Below the pieces are notes generated by a model. That model did not search any database. It had not been told where the DNA came from and worked only from the letters and a program-made list of their open reading frames with translations. A DNA stretch of 61,493 nucleotides, the filler included, from Choristocarpus tenellus KU-1152 (lineage: Eukaryota > Protista > Phaeophyceae), in the NCBI GenBank assembly GCA_964200185.2. It is 11 parts of 11 records of this genome, joined end to end, with 100 filler letters (N's around TTAATTAATTAA, not from the genome) between each part and the next. Parts side by side here need not be neighbours in the genome. Positions count along the whole stretch, not along the records: positions 1 to 10,622 come from CAXNAD020002822.1; positions 10,723 to 13,279 come from CAXNAD020026807.1; 9 more parts are not named here. One strand, 5' to 3'. Shown here one piece after another: positions 1-13,094 of the stretch. Each line of letters starts with the position of its first letter. The stretch's first letter is position 1. Both the position numbers and the translations under genes were made by a program.

Positions 1-3000
1 TTTCTTTGCTATTGTTAGCTATTACAGAAAAGAGAGACAAAAAAGAAAAGAGTGCGGATCGGCCAAAGGAAGTGGGAGGGGGGGGGGGGGGGGGGCATAT
101 CGCAACCCTTGATATATCAGGTATGACTAAGATATTCGTACAAAGAGGTCGATCATCATATGATGACGTTATTACTTACATACACTCAATGTTAGCTTCT
201 TCTACTTGGCGACGATAGCGATAAGTGATAAACAATCTAATAATATGGGAAAATAACACTTATTCTTCTTCTCTTCTTCTTATCAAACTTCCATAATGAC
301 GATGGAACGCCGCCCCCAAAGAAACTACTTCGAAGTACTATTTTTTTCTACCGCATCCACCATCGACAGTGAAACGACTCCGCCGACCGCACTAATTACT
401 CAAGCAAGCAAGCAAGCCAACGCAGGGCATATATGTGCATGACGATCAAACAAAATCATTGCCGCCCCCCACACACTGTACTACTTCCACATCCGGCACG
501 GATTCTCATTCAAAAACGGGTCCTTAAAAAGTGCCGCAAAATTTATTAAAAAAAACATATCGGCACTTTTTCCGCACCATTTTCGGTAAAAACCATCCTC
601 AATAATACGCTCCATCCTCAATTTTTAAAATCCACTGTTGAATGGGGTGTCGTTGGTGTTTGGGACCCCTGTGCCTACCTTCCTTGTGGTGCATGTTCAT
701 AGTAAAGTATACCTCGTAGGCCTCTTGGAGAATGAGCGGTGTGTATTGAGAGCCAAGTACGCATATTTGTTGTGGCGGATAGTAATAACTGCCGCGGGTG
801 ATGGCGGCAACAACATGTGTTTAGTTTAATCCATGAAGATATTTTCAGAGCGTTCCAAGCAGCATGTTGTTGTTGCGATACATAGCAGAAGGAGGTTTTG
901 GTTGCATGGCAGTCGTAGTCCTTTGTTTACATTCATGATTTTGAGCCTCCTTCAATACNNNNNNNNNNTGGTACTTCATAAAATATATTATGTACAAACG
1001 AATTATGGATGTAAAAGTATGCATTCAATTGCCAAAATATCTGATGCTAGTAGCATTTTGAAGTGTTAACTGCTAGTACTTGTGAGGAGTGTTGCCGTGT
1101 TGTCGTAGCAGCGGAGTCCCCCAAGGCGCCATACATCGATGCAATTTCTTTTGTTTTGTGTGATCTTTCATAATCTATCTCCCTGACACGCTCAGCGGCT
1201 TGTTGTACTTAAAAAAGCGCTTGTGCATGGCAGGGGGGGAACGAAAGGTGGAGGAGCTTAAAGCACCCGACTATGCAGTGGTGGAGGATATTCATACATA
1301 CGTTAAAGGCAAGTCAGCATGAAAAACATGCCGGCGAACGAGAAATTCTCACTGTTGTCTGTTGTGTCCTGTTTATTGTATACATACTTTTTTTCACTAC
1401 CAACAATAACGTCAGAGTGTAGGTTGACGCCGCCTCTGGTACGAAGATTGGTCGCTATTTAAAATATGTACTGCCTCTAACATGAAAGATGACGACATCG
1501 GCTCAACGTAGTGACAATGTGGTGACAGACCTTGCTTACTAAGCGTGCTAAAATGACCAAATAATAACAGTCATTAAAGCTAATAATATATACGAAGTAC
1601 AAGCTTCGCATGTATGTATAGTATGAAACATGCGTTTGTTCTTCTTTGTCGACTTGGTTTTTTTGGTGGATGTGATGACCTATCCCTCTCTTGTACAAAC
1701 CACATCACCCTTCCATATAATCACCATGAACGGCAATTTCGCGCTTCCATGTGGACAAACGTTCGTCTCTTCTGCACCTGCAGCTTGATTACTGTAGCTC
1801 TACACTTCGGGCAAGGGATATGTATGTCGACCTCAACGTTTAAATAACAGACCACGATTAGCATATTATCTTAAATTTGCAAACAAAATAAACTTTACAG
1901 GCCTTAACACCGGATCAGGCAAGTGTGATTGGACTTGACTGCAAACCAGCTCGGTAGTAGCGTCTTTCACCAGGGTTGTATGAAGGTTGTAGGGATTTGA
2001 ACATGATTGAGTCAACAAGGCTTCCAAGTATATGTGGAACTCAGTCTCTATCCCTTAGGACCTTGAATTCTTATTATGTGATGCCTGTCCCACAAGTTCC
2101 CTCTTTTCCTTATTCAAATACTTCCTCTCATTTTTCAAATAACATCATGGTCAAATTACAAGTAAATGTTACACCACCGATTATTATTTTTCTCATTGCT
2201 TCCTCCTATGCTTTAAATAACCCTTGTGTAATAAAACATGATGAATGACTTGCACGTAACCTAAATTACAAATCTAAATCAGATGAGGTATCGAAAAAAA
2301 CAGCCCCAAAAGTGCCTGCTTACCTCCACCTACTAACTTGTGGAAGTTTTTGGCAAATATATGTATGTACGTCGCCGCCAGATTAGGAAATTAGAAAGTG
2401 ATAATAGCAAGAAAAAAGGCTCTCTACAAGTTCTCGCGATTCAACTTCAAAAAGGTTCTGGATGGAGAGGGCTTTGTATGCTTGATTAGGCTCAATTTAG
2501 ACAATTAGAAGTATTGCAGGCTTACAAAATCCTTTCATTGGTTTGGGAGCATCATATCAGTATCAAATACACACCTAGACCACAGGAGGTGGCTTTGACT
2601 ATTAAAAAGGATGTGATCGTTTCTCCACAAAAAATTGCAACTTCATAGAAATAATGTATCTTGTGATTTTCATCAACAAGCATATATTGAAATTCATTTA
2701 AGCATAGTTGTCAACTTGATATAATCTACTTGAAGCACATTTAACTGCCCATTGTTGCAAGGTGACAGGTTGCCTTTTCCAAGACCACGTTCCCAAGTGC
2801 TATATGACCAACTTAGGAAGTTGAAGAAACACTTAACCATACACGTCTATAAAGAGAGCACTCACCGTGCTGTGCGACTTTGTCCCAGGACTACTAAATG
2901 AGCAAGGTGTACTCTTCTTGATGCTGCAACATTTCCTTTGGGGGAAGCTCACCAAGCCCCTGGGGTCAATGGACCCAGACGTCCAAAACATTGAGTTACA

Positions 3001-3458
3001 ACATCTAATCAATTACTACCATGAGGGCCTCTAACCATCAAATGTCTTCTTCCACCCTCATCTTAAAACAGGTTTATCCTCAGGGACTAGCTTGTTTCAT
3101 GAAGTAAAATAACAATGCCACAACAAAAACTGTAACAATGATGTTTGGAGCAAAAAAGAAACCAACTTTCTTCTTGCATCCAGTAATCCCCACTGGTGAA
3201 CTTACCAGTCTCACACCTCTCTCGCCAAACTCTACCTAGTCATAACCAGAGGCCAACTATCATGCCCTGTCAATCAAACACCTTAGGGTTAGGTTACAAA
3301 AATAAAGACAAACCTTGACTGAGGCTGTTACCCGTTCTAAGCAGATAATCATAAACCACACACTCACATGTCGCAAGTCCTACCCAACACTCTAGTAAGT
3401 ACTGCAACATAAAGTTCCATGGCAATGTCTATAGTGTCCACACCCCTCTCTTGCCTAT

Positions 3459-6400
3459 CTACGCCATGTACTCTTTGCACACAGAGATGAGGTTGTCTGC
3501 AGTCATGCCATACTCCGTAAACACAATGTCTCCTGGGGCAGACATACCAAACTTGTCCACAGCGACAATCTTTCCATCAAGGCCAGTGTACTTGTGCCAC
3601 AGAGCAGACACACCCGCCTATACAAGAGGCACAGGAATGTGTAATATGAAAGTGGTACGTTAGTAAGTTACAGTGATCGGAGATGTGCCAATTCGGATTC
3701 TACTAGATAAAGGATTAAGATTTCATTCAAACATTCAGAAGATATCCAACATGGACCCTTCTACATTTCCATTACTATTTTAATTGATTAGATTTAAAAA
3801 AGGAAAAGGTGGCAATAAAACGGCATTTTGTGCATGGCAACTACACAATGACAACTGGTGTTACGTTTTATCAGGTAGAATTATCAAAGGAGTTAACACG
3901 TACCTCCATTGCCACACGCTTCGTGCAAGATGAGGGGATGACAGAATCCTTGTATTCAGCTGTCTGTGAATCAAAGCGGTACATGGAGGGCATAGATACC
4001 ACACGCACACCCCCACCAAGAGCCTTGGCAGCATCCATGGCATGCTGCACTTCTGAACCAGCAGCCATAATGATGAGTTCAAGGGCACCAGTCTCCTTCA
4101 TGGCAATGTATCCACCCTTGAGAGTTCCCTGACGGCGGGTCTCAACCTGCAAATGTAACACATCCCCAGTACAACCATAGAGAATAACCATGATGAAAAT
4201 CGCTAAAAATTCATGATACATCTGTGTCCCTTCAAAAAAAAAGTCACAACTAATCTGCAGAGATAATCATGTCTCTATTACTTAAATTGTCACTTCAAGT
4301 CTTCTGGTCATAGTGCAGGTTTTGTTGGTGTTGGTGTTAACCATTGTTTTAACAGTCCTGAGTTTCGGGCAAAATACGTACTGACCCATCACTTACCGGG
4401 ATCTCACTGAGAGTGCGGACATTTTGGCGGGTCAAGATAAGTGAGGTGGGGCCAGACTTGCGGTCAATGGATGCAGCATAGGCAGCAGCAGTCTCCTCGG
4501 GGTCAGCAGGGCGCATCACATCCATGTTGGGGAACACACGCAGACCAGACACTGTCTCAACCGGCTGGTGAGTGGGTCCATCCTAGAAAATTAAATATAG
4601 GTGCAAAGACAAAGCTTTTAAGTTAGTACATCATACCTTGGCATTCTTTAATCTCTTATCTATCAGAGACAAAAAAAACATGCATGTGACACAAGATATC
4701 TTCAACAAAATTCACAGGTTAAAATTACTTACCTCTCCCACACCAATAGAGTCGTGAGTGAGGATGTAGCCAACAGGCAGCTCCGCGAGAGATGCCACAC
4801 GCATAGTGGCACGGAGGTAGTCAGCAAACACAAGGAAGGTAGCACCAGAGCACCGGTGAAGTCCGAAGTATGAAATACCATTTAGGATAGCTCCCATGGC
4901 ATGTTCACGGATACCATAGTAGAAGTTACGCCCAGTGTAACTGATATTGGGGTTTAGGAATAGAGTAAGGAAGGAAGAACACCTTGATATAATTTTTTAA
5001 TACATATTTTACTTGTAACATATTTTGCTACTGATACAAAAGAATTGTAGGAAATCTCCCTCCTCTTTTGAGATTAGGATTCAGATATAGCCAAAGGAAT
5101 AAATACAGTTTTGAACATTTACCAACTTTACTGTGTTGTACCTCTTGCCGAAGTTCACACCAAAGTCACCCCCACCCTTGATGTAGTTCTTGTTTGAGCC
5201 GTGCAGATCAGCAGACCCAGAGACGTACATAGGAACCTGAGCCGCAATGGGCTGTGGAAAGCAGCAACATGAAACAGCACCAACTAAATTGATCCAGTAG
5301 GAAAACGAGTTAGGGTGTAAGTTCAAATTGTGCTCATTCTCCTAAAAGACTGACTGTATCACCAGAACTCTTCAAAACCATCAAATACCTGGAGGACAAC
5401 CTCGCCAGCAGCACGGGTGGCCATGTTCTTGCTCTGGTCGAACTCTGGGATGGCAGCAAGGAGCTCATCAACCGAAGGAGTTACACCATCAATGGCATTC
5501 TGGAGCAAGCTGGCCTTGTCAGGGTTAGATGCCTTCCAGCCAGCAAAGGTTGACTGCCAAGCATCGTAACTATAAAAAGCAAATCAGCAGTTGCAAGAGA
5601 GGGTCAGGCTCTTAGTAAGATTTAAGTGGTTGATATTTTAACATCGGCATGAAAAATGCCACTTTTCTCATACTGTTTGGAAGTGAAATAACTCTAAACA
5701 TAATTATCACCTCTTCGTAAGTTCAGTTGTGTGGTCCTTGAAGAAAGAGCGAGTGTCAGGAGACACATACCACTTCTCATCAGGTAGGCCAATCGACTTG
5801 CGAGACTCATCAGTGTACTTGACACCAGCTTCACCGTGAGCAGCATTTGTGCCTGCCACAGCATCAATGCCCTTTCCAATAATAGTCTTAGCAACAATCA
5901 GGGTAGGCTTGCCGTTGTTGTTGGCCTTGGCAGCTGCAAGCTCCTGAAATTTTAAACAAAAAGACACAAAATTTTGAGACAAGACTGCTTAAAAACTTTG
6001 TAGAAGCAACAAGAAAATGATCACATAGCTCCTTTTTGTTGTGATATCATTCTGTACACAAACGTCTTCAAACAAAAAACACAAGTTGATAGGATAACTT
6101 CCCTCATAATTATCCTAGCAACGTATAAGATATCTTCTGACCACACTTGGCCACTGTGCAGGACAATTTACAAATAAATCTCGTTTTCAAGAAAGGCAGA
6201 AAGGATCTGTTCCAAACCAGACCCTATAATACAAATATGTGTGCTGCACCTATCACTTCTTTGCTTACCTTGGAGACAGCATTCAGGTCGTGACCGTCAA
6301 TGGTCACAACATCCCATCCATAAGCCAGGTACCGAGCTCCCACATCCTCCGAGTGTGTAAACTCGGCCATCTTGTCCAGAGTAACATCATTGGAATCGTA

Positions 6401-8283
6401 AATGATGATCAAGTTGTCCAGCTGCTCATGGGCAGAGAATGCTGCGGCCTCAGCACCAACACCCTCCTGGAGAGGGTTCAATGTAATAGCAAAAAAAACT
6501 TGTTAAGAGGGACTTGAGTTGAGGGTGTTGGACATAGAATGCTCAAATTTGAACAGAAATTTAATACATGTACAATAGTCTACATTTGGTTCTGAACATT
6601 CAATTCAAGCGTAAGATCTTATTTCCTCTCCACTGATACTCATAAATACCTGCATGCACCCATCACCACAAAGAGCCACAATGTGCTGGTCGAAAATGGT
6701 GTGTTCAGGGGTGTTGAACTGGGCTGCAGCCATCTTGGCAGCAGCTGCCATGCCCGCAGCATTAGCAATACCCTGATTTAGTTTTAGAATTGTTATGATG
6801 AGTTAGCTTCAATACTCCCTGTGTTGTCAGAGCGTTTTGTCCTACAACTCGTCACCTGCATCTACAAAGGTGTGATGAACAAGTTGGTCTGCTAAACAGC
6901 ATACTTCCTCCGGACCTAAGATGTTACTGAACTACGACCACAATATTGTGTTACCAAAAACAAAATGAATATTTTCGTATCTACTGTAACAGTCAAATGC
7001 ATGTAGGTGTAGATTACCTGACCAAGAGGACCAGTGGTAGACTCAATACCCGGGGTGTTGTGCTCAGAGTTGGGGAACTCCGGGTGACCCGGGGTCATGG
7101 AGTGGTGCTGGCGGAAGTTCTTGACCTCGTCCAGAGGGAGGTCGTACCCTGCAAGATGCAGCCAGCTGTAGAGGAACATAGAGCCGTGACCAGCGGACAG
7201 AACGAATCTGTCACGGTTGATCCAGGTGGGGTCAGCAGGGTTGTATGAAAGCCCAGCTTCTGTACCGAAGAGGATGGCACCGATCTCAGCGCAACCAAGA
7301 GGAAGACCCAGGTGACCGGATTCTGCGGAAGCGATAGAGTCCATAGCCAGTCCACGGGCCTCATTGGCAGCCTGTGGAGATTTATTCTAAGGGTTAGAAA
7401 TTTGCTACTGCCAACAAGTTACCCATCGGGTACATATACCTAGACCTGAATTGAGGTAATGGTGTATGAACAAAAGAACCATAAACCATTGCAACGTCTA
7501 GAGGGAGTAGACACACGTCCTTCATACGAACTACGACAGGTACACAAGTTACCTTGGGATCGAGGGAGTACAGTATCTGCGACTTCTTAGAGAACCAAGA
7601 GCTCATTCAACAAGATATATTCAAGGAGCTCCCAGCCTACCCATGCTTTGTCACGCACCAGCTTGACTACGCAACTCTTTGTGCAAAGAGCTTCGACAGT
7701 AGGTCTTACTTCTGTCCGAGGTTGATGAGTGAGCCGCAGGTGAAGTCAGAGTTATAATTGTCACTTACGTTGCTTGAACATGTTTCGTGCTAATAGTGTC
7801 AAACATACATGTAGTACGGGCGAAATCTTGGGATGAACCAAACATTCCGTCTCCTAGATTGGAACAGTACCCTTAACTCTTCATTCTTTAGTCTGCATTA
7901 ATTAATGACCATCCACTTTGAACTCATCTGCTGTTCTCTCTAACTAGGAGAAGTCAAGAATCTTGACAAAAACCGGAAATTCGGACTCATGTCACAGCCG
8001 TTCCTACATCTGCTCATGTTCTACAGACCACACTGACAGCACAAACCTTAATCTAACCGCCGCAGTAGTGATTTTCACTGACCTTCAGGAGAGTTTCGGT
8101 CTCGACAGCAGAAGCAGCAGCGACAGCCTTGAGAACATGCCTGGAGAGGCGCGCCTTTGTGGTGGGGACACCAGTGGAGAGCCCCTTGGCGTTGAAGGCC
8201 TGGCGTCCGTTGAACACTGGGTTGAAGGCAGCGGACTCCCCGGCCAGGAGGCCAAGGGTTGCAAGAGTTGCGCTGAACTTCAT
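3459..8283 (-). CDS. TKL: Plastid-targeted transketolase, complete, 11 exons, 731 aa
   Basis: Exons 8283-8083, 7371-7018, 6772-6650, 6466-6269, 5943-5711, 5569-5389, 5251-5142, 4940-4733, 4582-4397, 4146-3904, 3617-3459 sum to 2196 nt. All introns are GT-AG and phase-consistent. Motifs: [29 protein letters not shown]-binding GDGCMQEG...[31 protein letters not shown]. The N-terminus [22 protein letters not shown] is a signal peptide plus ASAFAP-like cleavage site and a basic transit peptide. Confidence 0.97.
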
Positions 8284-8606
8284 TATCCTGCTACAAATTT
8301 CGAATGGACGGACAAGGACTGATCTGAATGCTGTTGGGGAGGTGTTGGGACATTCAGGAGTCAATCGTCACTCTTTTGGATGGTCGGATGGATGTATTAC
8401 TCTAAATCAGAACGCCTGCCATGTGAGTATGTTGGGAACAAAGAATTGTGATATTGGACAGCAAGCCAATCACAGAGTTTGTTTCCTTCTTGTGTTTGAC
8501 AATCAACCATAAGATCAAATCCATACAAAGTTTTGTTCACAGAAGAGGTTCCGTACGTAGTCTTGATACCTTGTAGAGTTGGCCGCAGTCCTCTATCACG
8601 GGCTCC
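8284..8606. promoter_or_regulatory. Probable bidirectional promoter between TKL and the divergent gene, with an inverted CCAAT pair
   Basis: The two start codons are only 323 bp apart. ATTGG at 8453-8457 and AGCCAATCA at 8464-8472 lie in opposite orientations. Confidence 0.5.
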
Positions 8607-9815
8607 ATGGCCGTGTACAAATATAATCCTGTTGCTCAGGTGAGTGAGGTTTGGGGCCCACTGTGTGTTTTAGCTGTATTTTGTTCACATGTCTCGCCTT
8701 TTATTTTGTTTTCACTGCTGACCCTAAACACTTACAGCTTCTGTCTGCGTTATGCTCATCGCTCAAGGATAGTCAATGCAGAAGCTAAATCCCAGGGGTA
8801 AACATTTGTCCCCTCGAGCAAAGTCGTTAGTTTAAAACTGAATCTGCACTATCAACCAAGTTGCCTAGCCAATTTATCCGCTAGTTTTGCCTAACCCTAT
8901 CTCGACAGGATGAACGCGAAAGAGTCGCTGCACCAAGCGCTGGTTTTCCGGCGACACAAGGATCGATCAAAATCGGAGATAGTGGGGAGGATGGGGCCGA
9001 CGACGGCGACAGGATGATATCGAAGCGTATGCCGTACTGCATGGCAATGATGGTCCTACTGGCAATCATCTACGTCCTTTCTAGAACCGAGGGTTCGACC
9101 TGTCCACCCGTGCATTGCCCGGAAATGGACGACAAGGGTGTTGGCGAGGGTGTTCAGGTGTGCCTCCGAACAACCATGTTCCTTGTACTCTTGTGTTACG
9201 ATTTTGTAACCCCATCGGATTCTGTGTAATATCGACGAGGTATTCTGTGGTTATCTTTGTACGTCTTCACCGTCCTCAATCCTAAAATGCTTTCCGCGAC
9301 GGAAATAGATGGCATGGGTGGGTGACTATCAACGAATCAACTGGTGCTATGCGAACATCAACAGAATTGTAGGGTGATCTAGGGAGAGGTCCTTGCTGTC
9401 ATTCTGTAGATAGTATTCCAGATCTCTGACTTTGTGCTGTTTGGACACGCATCCCCTTAGTCTACGTGTGCTTGCCTGACCGTTCTCTATCCCCAGCCGT
9501 GACTCCCAACCCCCTGTCGCATTCCCTGCAACCCATTGCTTACAGGGCACCAAGGGTTGGTATACAGAGGACACTACTCCGAGTACTACCCCACCAGTTG
9601 GCACTGGGTGTCCAACTTGCCCAGTATGCCCTGTCTCTTCTACCACCGCTGAGTGCCCACCTTGCCCCACAGTTCAGTCACCAGGGGGAGTCACATCGCA
9701 ATTGTCTTGTCCTGAGTTCGACATTGGGGAATACAGGAGAAAAAGTCTGGCCAACTCAACGCCCTACATCATTGAGTGCAAAGAGGCAGGCGAGGGAGGA
9801 TCACAGGAGGTGTGA
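8607..9815 (+). CDS. Type II membrane protein with Cys/Pro (CPxCP) stalk; 3' end uncertain
   Basis: Exons 8607-8639 (MAVYKYNPVAQ, GTGAGT donor), 8909-9157 (TM segment YCMAMMVLLAIIYVL, then CPPVHCP) and 9546-9809 (CPTCPVCP...CPPCP) are all phase 0. The gene either stops at TGA 9813-9815 or splices on; there is a candidate exon at 10281-10339. Confidence 0.7.
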
Positions 9816-10533
9816 TGAGGTTCTTTCTTGTTAGTAGCTCCACATGAACTTAATGGGCCAAACACTTTCATGGCAACTCTGGTTCTTACGTACACATCGG
9901 AGGCTCTGTTACAATTGACAGTTTTCCGTGTTATCTTGAATGTGTTCGTGTTGGAAGAAGTTCGGGTGAGATAAAGGTAGCAGCAGCAGTGTGTTTATCT
10001 TTGAAATTGCTCTACACCTTGAACTGCCACTGAGACATTTTTCACTGGGTAAGGGATACCATGTTACTGCCTAGCCTCAAAGTGCTTGTGATTTTTTATC
10101 GTACTACCTGACACAGTACCTGCAGCGAGATAGATAACGTAATTTTCCCATGCAAAGTTATACCACATGGTGCCAATAAAGGTGTATTGTAAGATCATAT
10201 GTTCTGGATGTAGGCTTGACATGTGAGCAAGGGTGTGATACATGATAAAGGTTAGTCATCGGGTGTCTCCCTGTTGGTAGGCGGAATATCTTCATAAGGA
10301 TGGCTGTCCATCACTCTTACCCACCTGGATATGTTGGTGGTGAGTGTTAAAGAGGTGCATGCAGTGTAAAGACCCTCTCTAAGTTAAATATCAGCATCCC
10401 AAGAGACCAACTACGTGTTTCCCTCGAGCCTACATGATAGTCACGTCTGCATTCCAATTTCGACAAATGTGACCTAGAAAAACCCATACATTTTTGTATC
10501 AATGACATGTTTCTTTTCGGTGAACTGACCATA

Positions 10534-10622
10534 GGGTCGAAGTATCTGGGGGGGGGGGGGGGGGGGTGTGGCGGAATACGGTTTTGGACGTGGGCTCCCC
10601 TGGGGAGGGGGGGGGGGGGCTG
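10534..10622. mobile_element. Left end of a MITE-like element (GGGTCGAAGTATCT-polyG TIR), cut by the contig end
   Basis: Matches the shared TIR GnnnnAAAGTATCTGG(G)n, but the interior differs from the other copies. Confidence 0.55.
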
Positions 10623-10722
10623 NNNNNNNNNNNNNNNNNNNNNNNNNNNNNNNNNNNNNNNNNNNNTTAATTAATTAANNNNNNNNNNNNNNNNNNNNNN
10701 NNNNNNNNNNNNNNNNNNNNNN
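10623..10722. other. Artificial contig linker (N44-TTAATTAATTAA-N44); identical linkers at 13280-13379, 17048-17147, 20169-20268, 24775-24874, 35355-35454, 40537-40636, 49271-49370, 52403-52502, 57507-57606
   Basis: An exact 100-nt structure with stops in all six frames recurs 10 times. Separate short N gaps occur at 959-968 and 12439-12447. Confidence 0.98.
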
Positions 10723-10796
10723 CCGTCTTGCCCGGTGATTCTCTTCACCACCCTTGCCTGAGTGAACCACGCCGCCACAGAATCACACGATTCACA
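10723..10796 (+). mobile_element. 3' end of a Ty3/Gypsy LTR (same family as 18772-19195)
   Basis: Near-identical to 19122-19195 and ends in ...GATTCACA. No PBS follows. Confidence 0.85.
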
Positions 10797-11273
10797 CTAC
10801 TCATCATATAATGAATGCAGCAGAAATTAAATGAATGTCACTTCCAGGTCCTAACATATCTGTAGGCAGCTTTGGGAATCCAGCGGAGGAGGAAACCTGA
10901 AGGGAAAACCCCCTTCCAACGTTTGCCCTGACGACAGATGTGTTAGCGCGACACTTGTTTGTGGATGGTGCTGCTGCTACACGTAGACACCACCGGTGGA
11001 TAATAGACGATACGATGGAGAGCCAGTGACAGATATATTATATGTACTGACTCATAGTGTTGATTGGTTTTTATATCATGTTCAAGATACACTTCTTATA
11101 TTTAAGATAAGTAAATAAGTAATTCGTAGTAAATTAGTGTGGACGATTACAAACCCCACACTGTGGAAATAATAATGGTAGCTTAGCCTAGTCTCATCCA
11201 CATACTCAGTCAGCGCAATCGAGACCATAAGGCCCCTTGTAATATTAACTTTACTCATCTACATCAAGATGTT

Positions 11274-11529
11274 GAGGTAAAGTATCTTAGAGGGCAGGAC
11301 CGTGTCCATTTGGGGTTTGAAATCAAATGTGCGATTTTGATGAAATTTTGGCTATTGTGTTTTTTAGGAAGTGTCAGTATCCTTGTTCTGTAGATACCTT
11401 TTCATAACATATACATTTTACCTACTCCAAATGTTTTGGAGTAGGAAAATGTCATAAAAAAAACATGGGAAGCCAAGCCCCAAACGGACAAACAGGGCAA
11501 AACTCGTACCCTCTAAGATACTTTCACTC
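11274..11529. mobile_element. MITE family 1, copy 1 (~250 bp)
   Basis: Perfect 16-bp TIR AAAGTATCTTAGAGGG (11279-11294) / CCCTCTAAGATACTTT (11509-11524). Subterminal TGTCCATTTGGGG / CCCCAAACGGACA. Internal hairpin CCTACTCCA...TGGAGTAGG. Confidence 0.88.
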
Positions 11530-11675
11530 TGTTCTTTGTCCTCCATTAAAGCACCGTAAAAGCCACGGGTCCAGCGTGGTATACTTCAACAACACTTGCA
11601 CCTCACGGCACTCACTCTGCATTCGACTCAACGTTCAAAAGAAAAACTCCTACACCAGAGTCTCATACACACGTC

Positions 11676-12350
11676 AAAGTGGGGTACTGTCTAAAAAGAC
11701 TCCACCCCTTCCAAGCTAAACAAACATAAATACAGACACAAAACCATAGCAGCACTGAACTTGGGTATTGCCTGAGACTCTCCCCCTTCAGATCTAAAAC
11801 ACAGCAACGACGGGACACTAAGACCAGGACTCACAGTCACAAAAGAGACTGGGTGCTGTCATGGAAAGGCTTACCCCTGCTAGGAACTATGAACATATGC
11901 AAAAAATCAAAATATCTTACAATAAAAAAATAAAAATAGGAAGTATCTCAGCAAGTCTCTCCCTCTTCACAACTATCCACACAAATGAAAACAGGCACAA
12001 AATCACAATTGCACTGAAATAGGGTACTGTCGTAGACTGCCCCCCTTCACAACTATAAACACAAACTATAGGACACCAAGATCATGTCTTACAGTCACAA
12101 ACAAAATAAGCTGCTGCCAAATAAAGACTTGCCCTACCCGCGAACTAAGAACATACAAACAAAAAAAGACTCAGAAAAATAGGGAGTGTCATAGTAAGAC
12201 TCTCTCCCCTCACAAATATCGACACAAATGAATATGGATGCAAAATCACAATGGCACTGAAATAGGATACTGCCATAAACCCTTCCCCCTTCAGAACTAT
12301 AAACACAAGCAATTCAAGACAATAATCATGTCTCAAATACAAACAAAAAT
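11676..12350 (+). repeat. Degenerate ~83-bp tandem array (8 units) with ~250-bp trimer higher-order structure
   Basis: Core AAATAGGGTACTGTC...AAAGACTCTCCCCCTTCACAACTAT recurs at about 11676, 11758, 11847, 11934, 12017, 12104, 12177 and 12260. Units 1/4/7, 2/5/8 and 3/6 resemble each other most. Confidence 0.8.
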
Positions 12351-12403
12351 ATCTAAAAACCACATACAATAGTAAATGACATAACAAGACTACTCACACT
12401 TGT

Positions 12404-12618
12404 GAGCCAAAGTATCTTAGAGGGTAGAGCCGCGTCCANNNNNNNNNCGTGTTTGTTAGGAAGTGTCAATATCCTTGTTCCGGACACACCTTTTCATAAC
12501 GAACACATTTGACCTACTCCGAAATATTATGGAGTAGGAAAATGTCATAAAATCTCTGAGGGAAGCCAAGCCCCAAATGGACAGGGCAAAACTCGTACTC
12601 TCTAAGATTCTTTCACGC
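12404..12618. mobile_element. MITE family 1, copy 2 (contains an N gap)
   Basis: GAGCCAAAGTATCTTAGAGGG...CTCTCTAAGATTCTTT. The interior is colinear with 11274-11529. Confidence 0.85.
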
Positions 12619-13094
12619 TTGTTGGAATGAGAAAAAGCAGACTTGCTATTCGCCTGTAACATATATAATTCAGCTGTTTTCAATTGGATTACTAGAAATA
12701 CGACTTGTGAAAATCGACTTGTCAGTTTATAATTGAGGTTCTTATCACACATCGATTGTAGTAGGTCTTCAGTCTTACAATTGACTTAAGAATAACAATA
12801 CCCTTTGTCTGACAGCCTAATAACCATTCGTTTTTGTTGGTTACCCGGCATCGACACATTATGAGATGTCTCAATTGAGCCTCATTATCAGCTTATAGGC
12901 TGGTGGATTGGAGCTACATATCCCATCAAGGCAAGCTGCTGGGAGCCTTTTTGTAATATAGAGGCCCACTGAGCATGTCTAGTGCCTTTATGTCAAAAGC
13001 CCTTTGGGGGGAACAACCCTTGCTCACCAAATGAGGGAGGGTAGATATTTATACATACAGAATAATTGGGCACAATATATTGCTGGGTGTTGAG

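Noticed and set aside
640-760. Minus-strand GILYYEHAPQG as a mariner transposase motif
   Set aside because: A single short motif with no TIR or other DDD motifs.
1196-1462. Exon-like segments GLLYLKKRLCMAGGERKVEELKAPDYAVVEDIHTYVK and ECRLTPPLVRRLVAI*
   Set aside because: Splice-like ends are present, but there is no recognisable homology or start, so it is not called as a CDS.
10667-10678. Recurrent TTAATTAATTAA palindrome as a biological motif
   Set aside because: It always sits centred in 88 Ns; it is an artificial six-frame-stop linker.
11676-12350. CRISPR-like repeat-spacer array
   Set aside because: The 'spacers' are homologous to one another with trimer periodicity, the cores are degenerate, no cas genes are present and the context is eukaryotic.
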